64,000 bases of DNA from NCBI GenBank assembly GCA_963422395.1, contig OY729431.1, positions 2,048,001 to 2,112,000 of the forward strand, in the 5' to 3' direction. The notes beneath the pieces were generated by a model. The model did no database searches. It was given only the letters and a program-made list of their open reading frames with translations, and was not told the origin of the DNA. The position numbers were made by a program, and so were the translations under genes. This stretch comes from Vicinamibacteria bacterium. GTDB lineage: Bacteria > Acidobacteriota > Vicinamibacteria > Marinacidobacterales > Marinacidobacteraceae. Positions 30,321 through 40,563 of the stretch are shown here, one piece after another. Positions within the stretch are counted from its first letter, which is position 1; each line of letters starts with the position of its first letter.

Positions 30321-31448
30321 TCAGTTCCCGATGTAACGGGAGAAGAGGGTCCGCGCCTCCGACGGATCGCCGCTGCCGTGCACGATGGTGCGCCCATCGG
30401 GAAAGACGACCAGCCGGCGCCCGCCGACTTCGAATTGCAGGTGGTGCCGGGTGATCCGCAGGGAATCGCGCACTTCGGGAAGGCCGCCGAGACGGTCGCC
30501 GAGCTTCCCGAGCAGACGGGAACCTTCCGTCCCGGCCGCCCTCTCGGGGCCCGCCGCTCCGTAACCCGCCGCCGGGCGGATCTGCACCGCGTCCCGGCCG
30601 CACAGGGTCAGGATCGATCCCCCGTCCTCTCCGGCGAGGAACGGGAATTCTCCCCGCCCGCAGGCGGGACACTCCGGATCCGGCCCGCCGATCTCCATCC
30701 GGTACGCGGTGCGCTCCCAGACATCGAGATGCCAGATTCCATCCTGGATGTCCCCGGCACGCCCCGCGAGCAGCTTGAGGGCCTCGGCCACCGCGTAGGC
30801 GGAGACCGCCTGAACCGCCGGTGCGATCACCCCGGCGGTGTCGCAGGTCGGCGACGCTCCGGGCGGCGGGATTTCGGGAACCACGCAGCGGAGGCACCCG
30901 GTGCGCCCGGGGACCACCGTGAAGGTCATCCCGTAGCTGCCCACGCAGGCGGCGTAGATCCAGGGGATTCCGGACGAGACCGCGGCGTCGTTGATCAGGT
31001 AGCGGGTCTCGAAGTTGTCGGTGGCGTCCACCACCAACTCCACGCCCTCCATGACGCCGCGAACATTTCCGGCGTGCAGGTCGAGGGCGAGCGGTTCCAG
31101 CTCCACTTCGGCGTTGACCGCCGCGAGCCGGCGGCGCGCGCCCTCCGCCTTGGGGACGCCTTCCCGCGCCGCCGACTCGTCGTAGAGGCACTGCCGCTGC
31201 AGGTTCGAGGTCTCGACGGTGTCCCGATCCACGAACCGCACCTTCCCGACTCCGGCGCGCACGAGCATGTCCAGCGAGGCGGCGCCGAGCGCTCCGGCGC
31301 CCACCACCAGGACCCGGCTCTGCCCGAGCCGGCGCTGGCCGTCTTCGCCGATCCCGGAAAAGAGCGTCTGGCGGGAGTAGCGGCCTTCGGGCACGGCGAA
31401 GAGTTTAGGGGCGGCCGGCGAGGGCTCGGCTCCCAGGGAAGCGGCCAT
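30321..31448 (-). CDS. ThiF/MoeB family adenylyltransferase
   Basis: RYSRQ, GAGALG, SNLQRQ, DATDN, CLRC, CPAC, VFPDGR. Confidence 0.9.
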   Translation of the reverse strand: MAASLGAEPSPAAPKLFAVPEGRYSRQTLFSGIGEDGQRRLGQSRVLVVGAGALGAASLDMLVRAGVGKVRFVDRDTVETSNLQRQCLYDESAAREGVPKAEGARRRLAAVNAEVELEPLALDLHAGNVRGVMEGVELVVDATDNFETRYLINDAAVSSGIPWIYAACVGSYGMTFTVVPGRTGCLRCVVPEIPPPGASPTCDTAGVIAPAVQAVSAYAVAEALKLLAGRAGDIQDGIWHLDVWERTAYRMEIGGPDPECPACGRGEFPFLAGEDGGSILTLCGRDAVQIRPAAGYGAAGPERAAGTEGSRLLGKLGDRLGGLPEVRDSLRITRHHLQFEVGGRRLVVFPDGRTIVHGSGDPSEARTLFSRYIGN

Positions 31449-31539
31449 TCCCCGAACCTCCGGGCGGGGCGAAGGGTAGGATTTCACCGATCCTGCCTCT
31501 TCCCCCTTCCTCCGCCCGATCCACCCGCCCGATTCGACC

Positions 31540-33507
31540 TTGAAAGCCGAGAGCTTCCGGGCGGCGCTCGCCCTGCCGATCCTGCTGCTGGGGGCGGCTT
31601 CGGCGACGCCCGCCCAGCCCGCCGTCTTCCCGCTCGCCGAACTCCGGCCGGGGATGACCGGCGAGGGGCGCACGGTGTTCTCCGGCAACGAGATCGAGAC
31701 CTTCGGAGTGGAGATCGTCGGGGTTCTCGAAGGGGCGATGCCGGGCCGGAACATCGTGCTCGCCAACCTCTCCGGCGGTCCGCTCGCCCACACCGGAGTC
31801 CTGCAGGGCATGAGCGGCAGCCCGGTCTATGTGGACGGACGGCTGCTCGGTGCGGTCGCGTACGCATTCCCGTTCGCCAAGGATCCGATCTGCGGAATCA
31901 CTCCGTTCGAGGAGATGGTGCGGTTTACCGAGGAAGCCGCTCCGCCGCCGCCCTCCAGAGCTTCGCCGGCGCTCCATTTTTCTCCCGCAGGACTCCCCTC
32001 CTTCGATCCGCCGCCGACGCTCTCCGGCGGGATCCCGATCGGCAACGGTTTCGGCAGCCTTGTCGGGAGGGAAGTCGGGAGGGAAGTCGGGAGGGAAGTC
32101 GGCAGCGGACCCGGCATTCGGGAAGGTATCCGGAACGGCTTGGAGACCGGGACCGGGGAGATCGGGATCGGGGTGGGCGGCGGGCAGCTCCTCCCGATCC
32201 GCACTCCGGTGGCGGCGAGCGGTCTCGATCCCGAAGCGCACCGGGTGCTCGTCCCGCTCTTCCGGCAGCTCGGCATGGAGATCTCGCCCGGCGGCTTCGC
32301 TGCGGCGCGGGTCCCGGGCGCTCCCTCGCAGTCCGCGCCGGACAGCACTCCGCTCGGCGCCGGCAGCCCGGTGGGCGCCACGCTGATCGGCGGCGATCTC
32401 GTCTTCATGGCCAGTGGCACGGTGACCCATGTGGACGAGGCGACCGGCGAGGTCTATGCCTTCGGCCATCCCTTCACCGGCCTCGGCTCGGTCTCGATCC
32501 CGATGCAGGAGGCGCGGGTCCAGGCCGCGGTCGCCTCGCTTTCGGGCTCCTTCCGGCTGGCGGGCGCCGGGGCTCCCCTCGGGGTCTGGCGGCAGGATCG
32601 CGCCACCGGGATCCGCGGCCGGCTCGGAGACCGTGCCCGGACGATCCCGATGCGGATCGAGGTTCGGGGCAGCCGGGGCGGAATGCGGGAGTACTCGCTC
32701 GAACTAGTGGATCACGACCTGCTGAGCCCCGCCCTGGCCTTCACCGGGTTGATTTCGATCCTGACCCAGGAGGAGCGCCCCGCCGGAACCCAGACCATCC
32801 GGCTGGCGGCGCGTATCGGCCTCGAAAGCGGCCGGACGCTGCCCGTCGAGGATGTCTTCGCGACGGGCAGCGCGCCAGGAGGCCTCGGGCCGGCGATCTC
32901 CCCGGCAGCGGCGCTCGTCGCCGCGCCCGTCGCGCTGCTGCTCGGCAATCCGGTGGAACGGATCCCGGTCCGCAGCATCGAAGTGCAGGTGACGGCCAGC
33001 GAGGAAGCCCGCAGCTCCCGCCTCAGTCGCGCCTGGATGCGTTCTTCGCGCGTTCGCGCCGGGGAAGCCGCCATCTTGCGGATCGCGGTCCGGGACTTTC
33101 GGGGCGCGGAACGGATCCGCGAGATCGAGGTTCCGATACCGGCGAGCGCAGCCGGACAGCGACTGCAGGTGCTCGTGGCCGACGCCTCGACCGTAACCGC
33201 CGCCGACCGGCGGGGAGGCCTCTCCACCATCCCCACCCGGGTGGAGCAGATCTTCCGCGCGATCGCCGAGCACCGCCGGCAGAGCCGACTCTATGTACGG
33301 CTCGTGGGCGGGGGCCGGGGTGCCGCCCTGGTCGGCGGCGAGTACCTCCCCTCGCTGCCGCCGAGCGTCCGGTCGGTGCTCTCCCGCGATTCCTCCGGAG
33401 GATTCACCCGCTCGCTGTCGGCCTCCGTGCTCTGGGAAGGGCAGCTGGACTTCGACGCCGCGGTCGCCGGGGCCCGCCAGCTGGCACTCGAGGTGGAACC
33501 CCGGTGA
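31540..33507 (+). CDS. Secreted SpoIVB-like peptidase (family S55)
   Basis: Signal peptide; GVLQGMSGSPVY, AFGHPF, QDRATGI. Confidence 0.85.
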   Translation: MKAESFRAALALPILLLGAASATPAQPAVFPLAELRPGMTGEGRTVFSGNEIETFGVEIVGVLEGAMPGRNIVLANLSGGPLAHTGVLQGMSGSPVYVDGRLLGAVAYAFPFAKDPICGITPFEEMVRFTEEAAPPPPSRASPALHFSPAGLPSFDPPPTLSGGIPIGNGFGSLVGREVGREVGREVGSGPGIREGIRNGLETGTGEIGIGVGGGQLLPIRTPVAASGLDPEAHRVLVPLFRQLGMEISPGGFAAARVPGAPSQSAPDSTPLGAGSPVGATLIGGDLVFMASGTVTHVDEATGEVYAFGHPFTGLGSVSIPMQEARVQAAVASLSGSFRLAGAGAPLGVWRQDRATGIRGRLGDRARTIPMRIEVRGSRGGMREYSLELVDHDLLSPALAFTGLISILTQEERPAGTQTIRLAARIGLESGRTLPVEDVFATGSAPGGLGPAISPAAALVAAPVALLLGNPVERIPVRSIEVQVTASEEARSSRLSRAWMRSSRVRAGEAAILRIAVRDFRGAERIREIEVPIPASAAGQRLQVLVADASTVTAADRRGGLSTIPTRVEQIFRAIAEHRRQSRLYVRLVGGGRGAALVGGEYLPSLPPSVRSVLSRDSSGGFTRSLSASVLWEGQLDFDAAVAGARQLALEVEPR

Positions 33508-35708
33508 GCCTCCACCGCGCCGCTCTAGCGGTCACCGTCGGCGCCCTGGCGCTCGTTTGCGGCCTGGCGGTCGGCGGCGGACGTGATTTCTGGCGCTTCG
33601 AGACCGCCGCAGACTTCCTCGCCGGGGAGAGCGACGGAGTCAGCATCGGCGCGTCCGGCCAGATCCGTCTGGCTCCGCTTCTGCGCAGCCTCCACGAGTC
33701 GGACCGCCCGTTCGTCTGGTCGGTCGCGGACGACGGAGCCGGGGGGGTGATCGCCGGGAGCGGCGCCGGCGGGCAGCTGGTCCGGATACGCGGGGAGGCG
33801 GCCGAAGTCCTCGCGGACACCGGCGGAGCGGGGATTCACGCGGTCGCAACCGCTGCTGACGGGACGATCTACTTCGCCGCCTCGCCGAACGGGAGCGTGC
33901 AGCGCATCCTGCCGAGCGGAGAACGGGCCGTCCACTTCGAACCCGAAGCCCGCTACCTCTGGGCGATCGCACCCGAACCCGGGGGCAGCATCCTGGTCGC
34001 CACCGGAATGCCGGCCGCGCTGCATCGGGTGCAGCCCTCGGGTGAGGCGGAGACGATCTTCACGACCCGGGAGGAGAACATCACCGCGCTCCACCGATCC
34101 GACGATGGGACGATCCATCTCGGCACCGAACCCTCCGGAATCGTCTTCCGAATCTCCTCGGACAGCGGCGCGATGGCGCTCTACGAAACTCCCCAGGAGG
34201 AGATCCGCGGGCTCGCGGTGAACGCGGCCGGCGAGGTGTTCGCCGCCGCGGTGGCCGAGTCGCCGGACCCGGGCACGGCGGCGGGGGCAGGATCTCCCGC
34301 GCTTCCGCAAGCGCCCGGCTCCCTCGCCGGCGTCGCCACCGCGACCTCGTTCCGGGTTCTGGAGCAGGCAGCTGCCGGTCCCGCCGCCGCCTCGCGGCCC
34401 GCGGCGAACGGGAGGGGCTCCGGGCGTCGGAACGCGCTCTACCGCATCGCCCCGAGCGGCGCGGCGGAAGTGATCTGGGAGTCCTCGACCGACCGGCCGC
34501 TGTCGCTCGCGATGCTCCGCGACGAGCGGTTGCTGCTCGGAACCGGCGACCGCGGCCGGCTCTATCGGATCACCCGCGACGGCGAAGCGACCCTGCTGCT
34601 CCGGGCGGATTCGGAACAGATCACCGCGGCGGTCTCGACGGGCGGCCGAACGCTGCTCGGCACCTCGAATCCGGGAAGGGTGCTCGAGGTCGCGGAGACG
34701 CACCGCACCGAAGGCCGATATCTCTCCCGCGTGCTCGACGCCGGCGGTGCGGCGCGCTTCGGCCGCATCTCGTGGGAGGCCCGGGTGCCTCCCGGCACCG
34801 CCCTGCTCCTCGAAACCCGCAGCGGCAACTCGGAAGACCCCGACGAAACCTGGAGCGACTGGCTCCCGGCGGAGGCCGACGCCGCGAACCCGAGCCCGGA
34901 CGCCCGTTTTCTGCAGTGGCGCGCGGTCCTGCGCTCGGACGGGGAAGCCTCGCCCGAGCTCAGGTCCCTGGAATCCGCCTACCTTCCGGTGAACCTCGCA
35001 CCGCGGGTGACCGGGATCACCCTCCATCCACCGGGACGCGCCTTCGAACAGCCCCTGAACACCGCTTCACCACAGCTTCGCGGGATGGACCCCCAGCCAG
35101 AGGCGACCGAGGCCGCCCGGCAGGGCCAACCCGGCGGCGGCCTGCCTCCGGCGAGCGGACGCATTCTCTACCGCCACGGAGTCCGCACCGCGACTTTCGA
35201 GGCCTCCGATCCGAACCGAGACCGCCTCCGCTTCCGGGTCTCCTACCGCCGTTTCGGCGAGGTCGCCTGGCAGCTGCTTCGCGAGGGGCTCCGCGAGGCG
35301 ATCGTCGCCTGGGACACCTCGCAGCTGCCCGACGGACGCTATGAACTGCGCGTCGAGGCCGAAGACACTCCGGACAACCCGCCGGGAGATGCCCTCGCCG
35401 GAAACCGCATCAGCCGGCCGTTCCCGATAGACAACACCCCGCCCACCATTTCCGGGCTCACCGCCTCGGCCGACGGGAGAATCCGGTTCACCGCCGCCGA
35501 CGCCGGAAGTCCGATCCGCCGAGCCTCGATCTTCGTGGACGGTGGTCCGGCCCGCGTCGTGCGGCCCGGTGACGGCATCGCGGATTCGCTGCGTGAAGAC
35601 TACGACGCCCGCATCGGGGATCTTCCGCCGAACGCAGTATCGGTGGTGGTGCGGGTCGAAGACGATCTCGGGAACTGGGTTGCGGGGGAGACCGCCGTCG
35701 GGCGCTGA
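33504..35708 (+). CDS. Secreted beta-propeller (WD40-like) protein with C-terminal beta-sandwich domains
   Basis: GTGA overlap; repeated blades (FVWSVA, YLWAIA, ITALH, IRGLA); WDTSQLPDGRYELRV..IDNTPP. Confidence 0.75.
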   Translation: MSLHRAALAVTVGALALVCGLAVGGGRDFWRFETAADFLAGESDGVSIGASGQIRLAPLLRSLHESDRPFVWSVADDGAGGVIAGSGAGGQLVRIRGEAAEVLADTGGAGIHAVATAADGTIYFAASPNGSVQRILPSGERAVHFEPEARYLWAIAPEPGGSILVATGMPAALHRVQPSGEAETIFTTREENITALHRSDDGTIHLGTEPSGIVFRISSDSGAMALYETPQEEIRGLAVNAAGEVFAAAVAESPDPGTAAGAGSPALPQAPGSLAGVATATSFRVLEQAAAGPAAASRPAANGRGSGRRNALYRIAPSGAAEVIWESSTDRPLSLAMLRDERLLLGTGDRGRLYRITRDGEATLLLRADSEQITAAVSTGGRTLLGTSNPGRVLEVAETHRTEGRYLSRVLDAGGAARFGRISWEARVPPGTALLLETRSGNSEDPDETWSDWLPAEADAANPSPDARFLQWRAVLRSDGEASPELRSLESAYLPVNLAPRVTGITLHPPGRAFEQPLNTASPQLRGMDPQPEATEAARQGQPGGGLPPASGRILYRHGVRTATFEASDPNRDRLRFRVSYRRFGEVAWQLLREGLREAIVAWDTSQLPDGRYELRVEAEDTPDNPPGDALAGNRISRPFPIDNTPPTISGLTASADGRIRFTAADAGSPIRRASIFVDGGPARVVRPGDGIADSLREDYDARIGDLPPNAVSVVVRVEDDLGNWVAGETAVGR

Positions 35709-36440
35709 CCGAGGGGGCGGGCCCCGGCGGCTTGCGGTCTTCGCTCGGGTGCCGGTCCCGGGCTCGGTCAAGACCCGGCTGGTACCGCGGCTCTCGCCCG
35801 CGGGCGCCGCCGCACTCTGCCGGGCCATGACCGAAGACCTGCTCGAGCGTCTCGCCGTCGGATTTCGGGAGAGGACGGCGGGAGCGCCCGCTCTCGAACT
35901 GCGCTGCGATGGCGGGCGAGAGCCCGCTTCGCTCGAGATCCCGCCGGAGTGGAAGGTCGAACCGCAGGGTTCCGGCAACCTCGGTGAGCGCCTCGTCCGC
36001 GCCGCCCGGGCCGCGGCCCGGATGGGGTGGAAGCGTTGGTGATCGTCGGCTCGGACGCCCCGCTGCTTCCACGGTCCCGGATCGAGGCGGCGTTCGACAC
36101 CCTCCGCAGCCGCGAAGCGGTCGCCGCCCCCGCCGAGGACGGCGGCTATGTCCTCATCGGCGTAGCACCAGCGCGCGTTCGCGCCGCCCGCCTCGACCGG
36201 CTCTTCTCCGGCATCCCTTGGGGAACGGACGAAGTCCTCGAAGCCACTCGCGCCCAGGCCGCGGCAGCGGCGCCGCCGATCGATCTCGCCGAACTGCCTG
36301 GCTTCTGGGATGTGGACCGCCCGGAGGATCTCGCCCGCCTCCACCGCGAAATCGCCGCGCTTGCCGCTCCGGACCGCCCCCGCCGCCTCGCCGAGCTGCT
36401 CCGACGCCTGCCTCCCGCGGAAGAGGCGAAGCCGGAGTGA
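35680..36440 (+). pseudogene. TIGR04282/DUF2064 glycosyltransferase-like protein, frameshifted near 36020 (probably an assembly error)
   Basis: VFARVPVPGSVKTRL and QGSGNLGERL in one frame; GSDAP, PAEDGGYVLIG, IPWGT, DVDRPEDL in the next. Confidence 0.8.
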
Positions 36441-36476
36441 AGCACCGTCGCCGTTCCTCTCTTCCCGTCGATTTCG

Positions 36477-39458
36477 TCAGCGGGCGGCGGCGAGGGTGGC
36501 GGCGGCGGCTTCGAGCCGGGCCCGCAGGAGCTCGAAACGGCGGCGGTGCACCGAGGTGGGCGGTTCGAGGGTTCCCTGCCGCACCTCGTCACCGGTGAAC
36601 TCGCCGTAGAGACGGCCGAGGCGGGAGAGAGGCGAAGGGTTGCGGAAGCCTCCCCCGGGTCGCAGTTCCCGGAGCGCCTCGCGCGCCGACTCCGGCAATC
36701 CGTCCAGGGAAGGGGCGGCGGCCGCCGCGCGGCAGGCGCGCCCGATCGCGTCGTACACCTCGGCGAGGAAGGCGGCCCGCTCCCGGTAGGCAGCCTCGCT
36801 GACCGTCACCGACGGATCGAGTCGGACTTCGAGCGGCACGGTGAGCGCCCCGGCTGCCGTTTCGAGGCGGACCTCGTAGGCACCGGTCACGACCCGCGGC
36901 GCCCGCGCCCCGCAGACCCCGGATCCCGCGCCGTTTTCCGGACCGGCGGCCCCATCCCGGAGATCCGAGCGGAGATCCCAGACGATCCGCTGGAAGCCAG
37001 GCCGTGCCTCGAGGGGCAAGCGGGCCACCGCGGCGCCTTTTCCATCCCGAACTTCCACCGCCGCCGGCGGGTCGTCCCCGCCGGGCAGAAAGACGGTGAG
37101 GAGCGCTCCCCGCAGCGGATTTTCTCCGGCGTAGCGGGCCTGCGCCTCGTAGCTTTCGTGTTTCCAGGGCAGGAACAGATACGCGGGCCGCGGCTCGAAG
37201 AGCTCGGGGACGGCGGCTTCGGGATCGTGCCAGGCGAGCGGGGCGCTGTCGTCGAGGATGTAGAGCGACCGACCGTGGGTTCCGAACACCAGATCGCGTT
37301 CGCGCGGGTGGATCTCGATGTCGTCCACCGGCACCCGGGGCAGCCCGCCTCCCACGCGCATCCAGGACCGCCCCCGATCGAAGGACCAGAAGGCCCCCAC
37401 CTCCGAGCCCGCAATCAGGAAATTCTCGCCGAGCGGGTGCTCCACGATTTCGTTCACCCAGCCTCGCGGCAGCCCGGCACCGATGGCCGTGAAGCTCGCT
37501 CCCCGGTCCTCCGAGACGAAGACCCAGGGGGCGAAGTCCCCGAGGTGATGTCGATCCACCGCCACATAGAGCCGATCTTCGGCGTGGGCCGAGGGAGTGA
37601 CCCTGCTGATCGTCGCCCGGCGGGCTTCGATGGGCAGCTCGGCTTCGAGGAACACCCAGGTCTCGCCGTCGTCGTCCGAGCGCGCGAGCCGACCGTCATC
37701 CGAGCCGACATAGAGGAGGCCCGGCGCCAGCGGCGATTCGGCGAGGGTGGTGAGGGTGCCCCAGTGGCTCACTCCGTCGTGCATCGAGAGCATCCCCTCG
37801 GCCGGTAGCACTCCGAGGATCGGCAGCTCGCTGCGGTCCTCGCGGAGCGTCAGGTCGCGGGTCGCCCGCCACTCGCTGCCCAGATCCTCGGACAGGAACA
37901 GCCGGTTGCCGCCGAAATAGACCCGGCCCGGCCGGTGCGGAGACACCCCCACCGGCGAGAGCCAGTGGAAGCGGTACCCGTCCTCCCCCTCCTCGGGAAA
38001 CGGCCGCACCGGAGTCCGGTTGCCGGTCGCCGTGTCGATGCGGACGAGGTTCCCGTTCTGTGAAGAGGTCAGCGCGATCCCGGGTTCTGCCGCGACCGCT
38101 TCCTGATCCATACCGTCGCCGAAGTTCGTCTGCCGCCAGTCGCTGTTGAGGATGCCGGCCTGATTGCGGGTGGCCGAGGGACCGACCCAGGAATGGGTGT
38201 CCTGCGCCCCGCCGTAGATGTTGTACGGGAACTCCAGGTCGAGCGAGATCGCATAGAACTGGGCCAGCGGGAGGTTGTTCATCTTCCGCCACGAGCGGCC
38301 CCGATCCCAGGACTCGTGGATCCCGCCGTCATTTCCCAGCAGCAGGTGGGAGCCGGCAGCGGGATCCACCCACAGCGCGTGATGATCGCCATGCACGCCG
38401 ATGTCGTAGGTCGGCGTCATGTCCCGGTTTTCGCGGAAGGTGCGGCCCCCGTCGTCCGAGAGGTGCAGCTGGGACCCCAGCACATAGACCCGTCGGGGGT
38501 CGCTCGGGTCCACTTCGATGTGCGAGTAGTACATGGGGCGCGGATTCAGATCGGAGATGCGTTCCCAGGAGGCGCCCCGGTCCCGCGACCGCCAGACCCC
38601 GGACTCGGTGGCGTGCTCGACCAGAGCGAACACGCTGAGCGGGTCGGACTCGGCGATTTCGAGCCCGATCCGGCCGATCGGCCCTTCCGGCAGCCCGCCG
38701 CCGAGCCGCTCCCAGGTATCACCCCCGTCCTGGCTGCGGAAGATCCCCCCTTCGGGGCCTCCACCGTTGAAACCCCAGGGCGTCCGCCGCCGGGTGTAGG
38801 CGGCGGCATAGAGGAGCGCCGGATTCCGCGGATCCATTTCGAGATCCACCACTCCGGTGTCGCCGGATATCTCGAGCACCTGCTCCCAGCGGGCGCCGCC
38901 GTCGTCGGTGCGGAAGACACCGCGCTGTCCTCCCGAACGCCAAAGCGGCCCGAGCGCCGCCACGAAGGCGCGCAGGGGCCGGTGGGGGTCCACCACGATC
39001 CGGCCGATGTGTTCGCTCTCGTCGAGGCCCGTGTGGCGAAACGAGTCGCCGCCGTCGAACGAGAGGTACACCCCGTCGCCGAACGACGAACTCTGCCGGT
39101 TCGCCGGCTCTCCCGTTCCCACCCAGACCGTCGCCGGATCCGAGGGCGAAAGCGCCACCGCTCCGATCGAGGTGGTGCCGTAGTGATCGAAAAGCGGATC
39201 CCAGCGCACCCCGCCCGTCCGGGTGCGGAAAAGTCCGCCCGAAGCGGTCGCGACATAGAACTCCCAGGGACGGCCGGGCACCACCGCCAGATCGGAGATC
39301 CGCCCCGCCATCACCGCCGGTCCGATGGAGCGCAGCGACAGATCGTCCATCACCGGCGGACGGTTCGATCCTTGAGCGGCGGCCGGAGCGGCGGCTCCGA
39401 AGATCGGCGCCGCAACGAGCAGGAGTCGAGATGCGGCGGCAAGAACGCGGTGGGTCAT
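36477..39458 (-). CDS. Secreted BNR/Asp-box (VPS10/sortilin-like) glycosyl hydrolase
   Basis: RSIGPAVMAGRI, many SxDGGxTW repeats, HGDHHALW, GTHGRS. Confidence 0.85.
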   Translation of the reverse strand: MTHRVLAAASRLLLVAAPIFGAAAPAAAQGSNRPPVMDDLSLRSIGPAVMAGRISDLAVVPGRPWEFYVATASGGLFRTRTGGVRWDPLFDHYGTTSIGAVALSPSDPATVWVGTGEPANRQSSSFGDGVYLSFDGGDSFRHTGLDESEHIGRIVVDPHRPLRAFVAALGPLWRSGGQRGVFRTDDGGARWEQVLEISGDTGVVDLEMDPRNPALLYAAAYTRRRTPWGFNGGGPEGGIFRSQDGGDTWERLGGGLPEGPIGRIGLEIAESDPLSVFALVEHATESGVWRSRDRGASWERISDLNPRPMYYSHIEVDPSDPRRVYVLGSQLHLSDDGGRTFRENRDMTPTYDIGVHGDHHALWVDPAAGSHLLLGNDGGIHESWDRGRSWRKMNNLPLAQFYAISLDLEFPYNIYGGAQDTHSWVGPSATRNQAGILNSDWRQTNFGDGMDQEAVAAEPGIALTSSQNGNLVRIDTATGNRTPVRPFPEEGEDGYRFHWLSPVGVSPHRPGRVYFGGNRLFLSEDLGSEWRATRDLTLREDRSELPILGVLPAEGMLSMHDGVSHWGTLTTLAESPLAPGLLYVGSDDGRLARSDDDGETWVFLEAELPIEARRATISRVTPSAHAEDRLYVAVDRHHLGDFAPWVFVSEDRGASFTAIGAGLPRGWVNEIVEHPLGENFLIAGSEVGAFWSFDRGRSWMRVGGGLPRVPVDDIEIHPRERDLVFGTHGRSLYILDDSAPLAWHDPEAAVPELFEPRPAYLFLPWKHESYEAQARYAGENPLRGALLTVFLPGGDDPPAAVEVRDGKGAAVARLPLEARPGFQRIVWDLRSDLRDGAAGPENGAGSGVCGARAPRVVTGAYEVRLETAAGALTVPLEVRLDPSVTVSEAAYRERAAFLAEVYDAIGRACRAAAAAPSLDGLPESAREALRELRPGGGFRNPSPLSRLGRLYGEFTGDEVRQGTLEPPTSVHRRRFELLRARLEAAAATLAAAR

Positions 39459-39558
39459 GGCGGTTCTCCCTGGGCGCCGGATTATCAGGGGTTCCCCCGC
39501 ACCCCTTCCCCTCTATCCCGGCAAGCCCGCGTTCGGTGAAGCCCGCGTTCCCGCCACG

Positions 39559-40563
39559 CTATCCGATCCCGTAGCGCTGGAGCTTCTGCCAAAGCCCCTG
39601 TCGGGAAATCCCGAGCTCCTTCGCCGCCCGCGCCCGACTGCCCGCGGCGCGGCCGAGCGCCCGCAGGATCAGGAGCCGCTCGAACGCCGCCCGGGCGGCA
39701 GCCAGCCGTCGGATTTCGAGCACCGCGAGCAGCGGGTCGGACCCCTGGGCGTCGTCCTCTGCGTCCGCGCCGGGAGCCCGCAGCACCGGAAGCACCTCCG
39801 GTTCGATCCGCGGCGCGCCCGGACCACGCAACAGGGCGCCGGCGAGCACCGACTCGAGTTCCCGGACATTGCCCGGCCAGTCGTGGCGAAGGAGTCTTTC
39901 GAGCGCTGCCGGCGTGAGGCGCGGCTCCGCGACCCGGTAGCGGCGGGCCAACCGGGTGAGGATCGCTGCGGCGAGCTCCGGCAGCTCGTCCTTCCGTTGG
40001 CGCAGCGGCGGCAGCAGCAGACGCAACACCCGCAGCCGGTAGAAGAGATCGGCGCGGAACTGTCCGACCGCAACCAGTTCTCCGAGGGGGCGGTGGGTCG
40101 CGGCGAGCAGCCGGAAATCGGAACGCCGCACACGAGCCTCCCCTACCCTGCGGAACTCGCTCTCCTGCAGCGCTCGGAGCAGCAGCGACTGACCGCGCGC
40201 AGAGAGATCCCCCACCTCGTCGAGAAAGAGCGTGCCCCCGTCCGCTGCTTCGAGGAGCCCGGCACGGGCCGTTTCGGCTCCGGTGAACGCACCCCGCGCG
40301 TGCCCGAAGAACTCGGCCTCGAGTAGTCCGTCGGGAACCGCAGCGCAGTTGACCGCGATCAGCGCGCGGGTTCGCCGAAGGCTCCGGTCGTGCAGATAGC
40401 GGGCGAGCAACTCCTTGCCCGAACCGGTCTCGCCCTCGATCAGCACTGGAACATCGAAAGGGGCGATGCGCCCGGCGTCGGCGAGCAGCGCCCGCATCGC
40501 CGCCGAGCGGGCGACGATGGGGGGAGCCGCGGCGCCGCTAGCCGCGTTCGCGGACGACCGCAC
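39559..40563 (-). CDS. Sigma-54 enhancer-binding protein (AAA+ plus Fis HTH) with no N-terminal sensory domain
   Basis: GETGSGKE, GAFTGA, LFLDEV, FRADLFYRL, WPGNVREL, AAKELGISR. Confidence 0.9.
   Translation of the reverse strand: MRSSANAASGAAAPPIVARSAAMRALLADAGRIAPFDVPVLIEGETGSGKELLARYLHDRSLRRTRALIAVNCAAVPDGLLEAEFFGHARGAFTGAETARAGLLEAADGGTLFLDEVGDLSARGQSLLLRALQESEFRRVGEARVRRSDFRLLAATHRPLGELVAVGQFRADLFYRLRVLRLLLPPLRQRKDELPELAAAILTRLARRYRVAEPRLTPAALERLLRHDWPGNVRELESVLAGALLRGPGAPRIEPEVLPVLRAPGADAEDDAQGSDPLLAVLEIRRLAAARAAFERLLILRALGRAAGSRARAAKELGISRQGLWQKLQRYGIG

Noticed and set aside
30267-35708. 1813-aa ORF
   Set aside because: The N-terminal 1079 codons overlap the ThiF (antisense) and S55 genes; the real start is GTG 33504
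7470-36035. Programmed frameshifting in mtaB and the DUF2064 gene
   Set aside because: No slippery heptamer; both are a missing G in a short G run, typical of sequencing error
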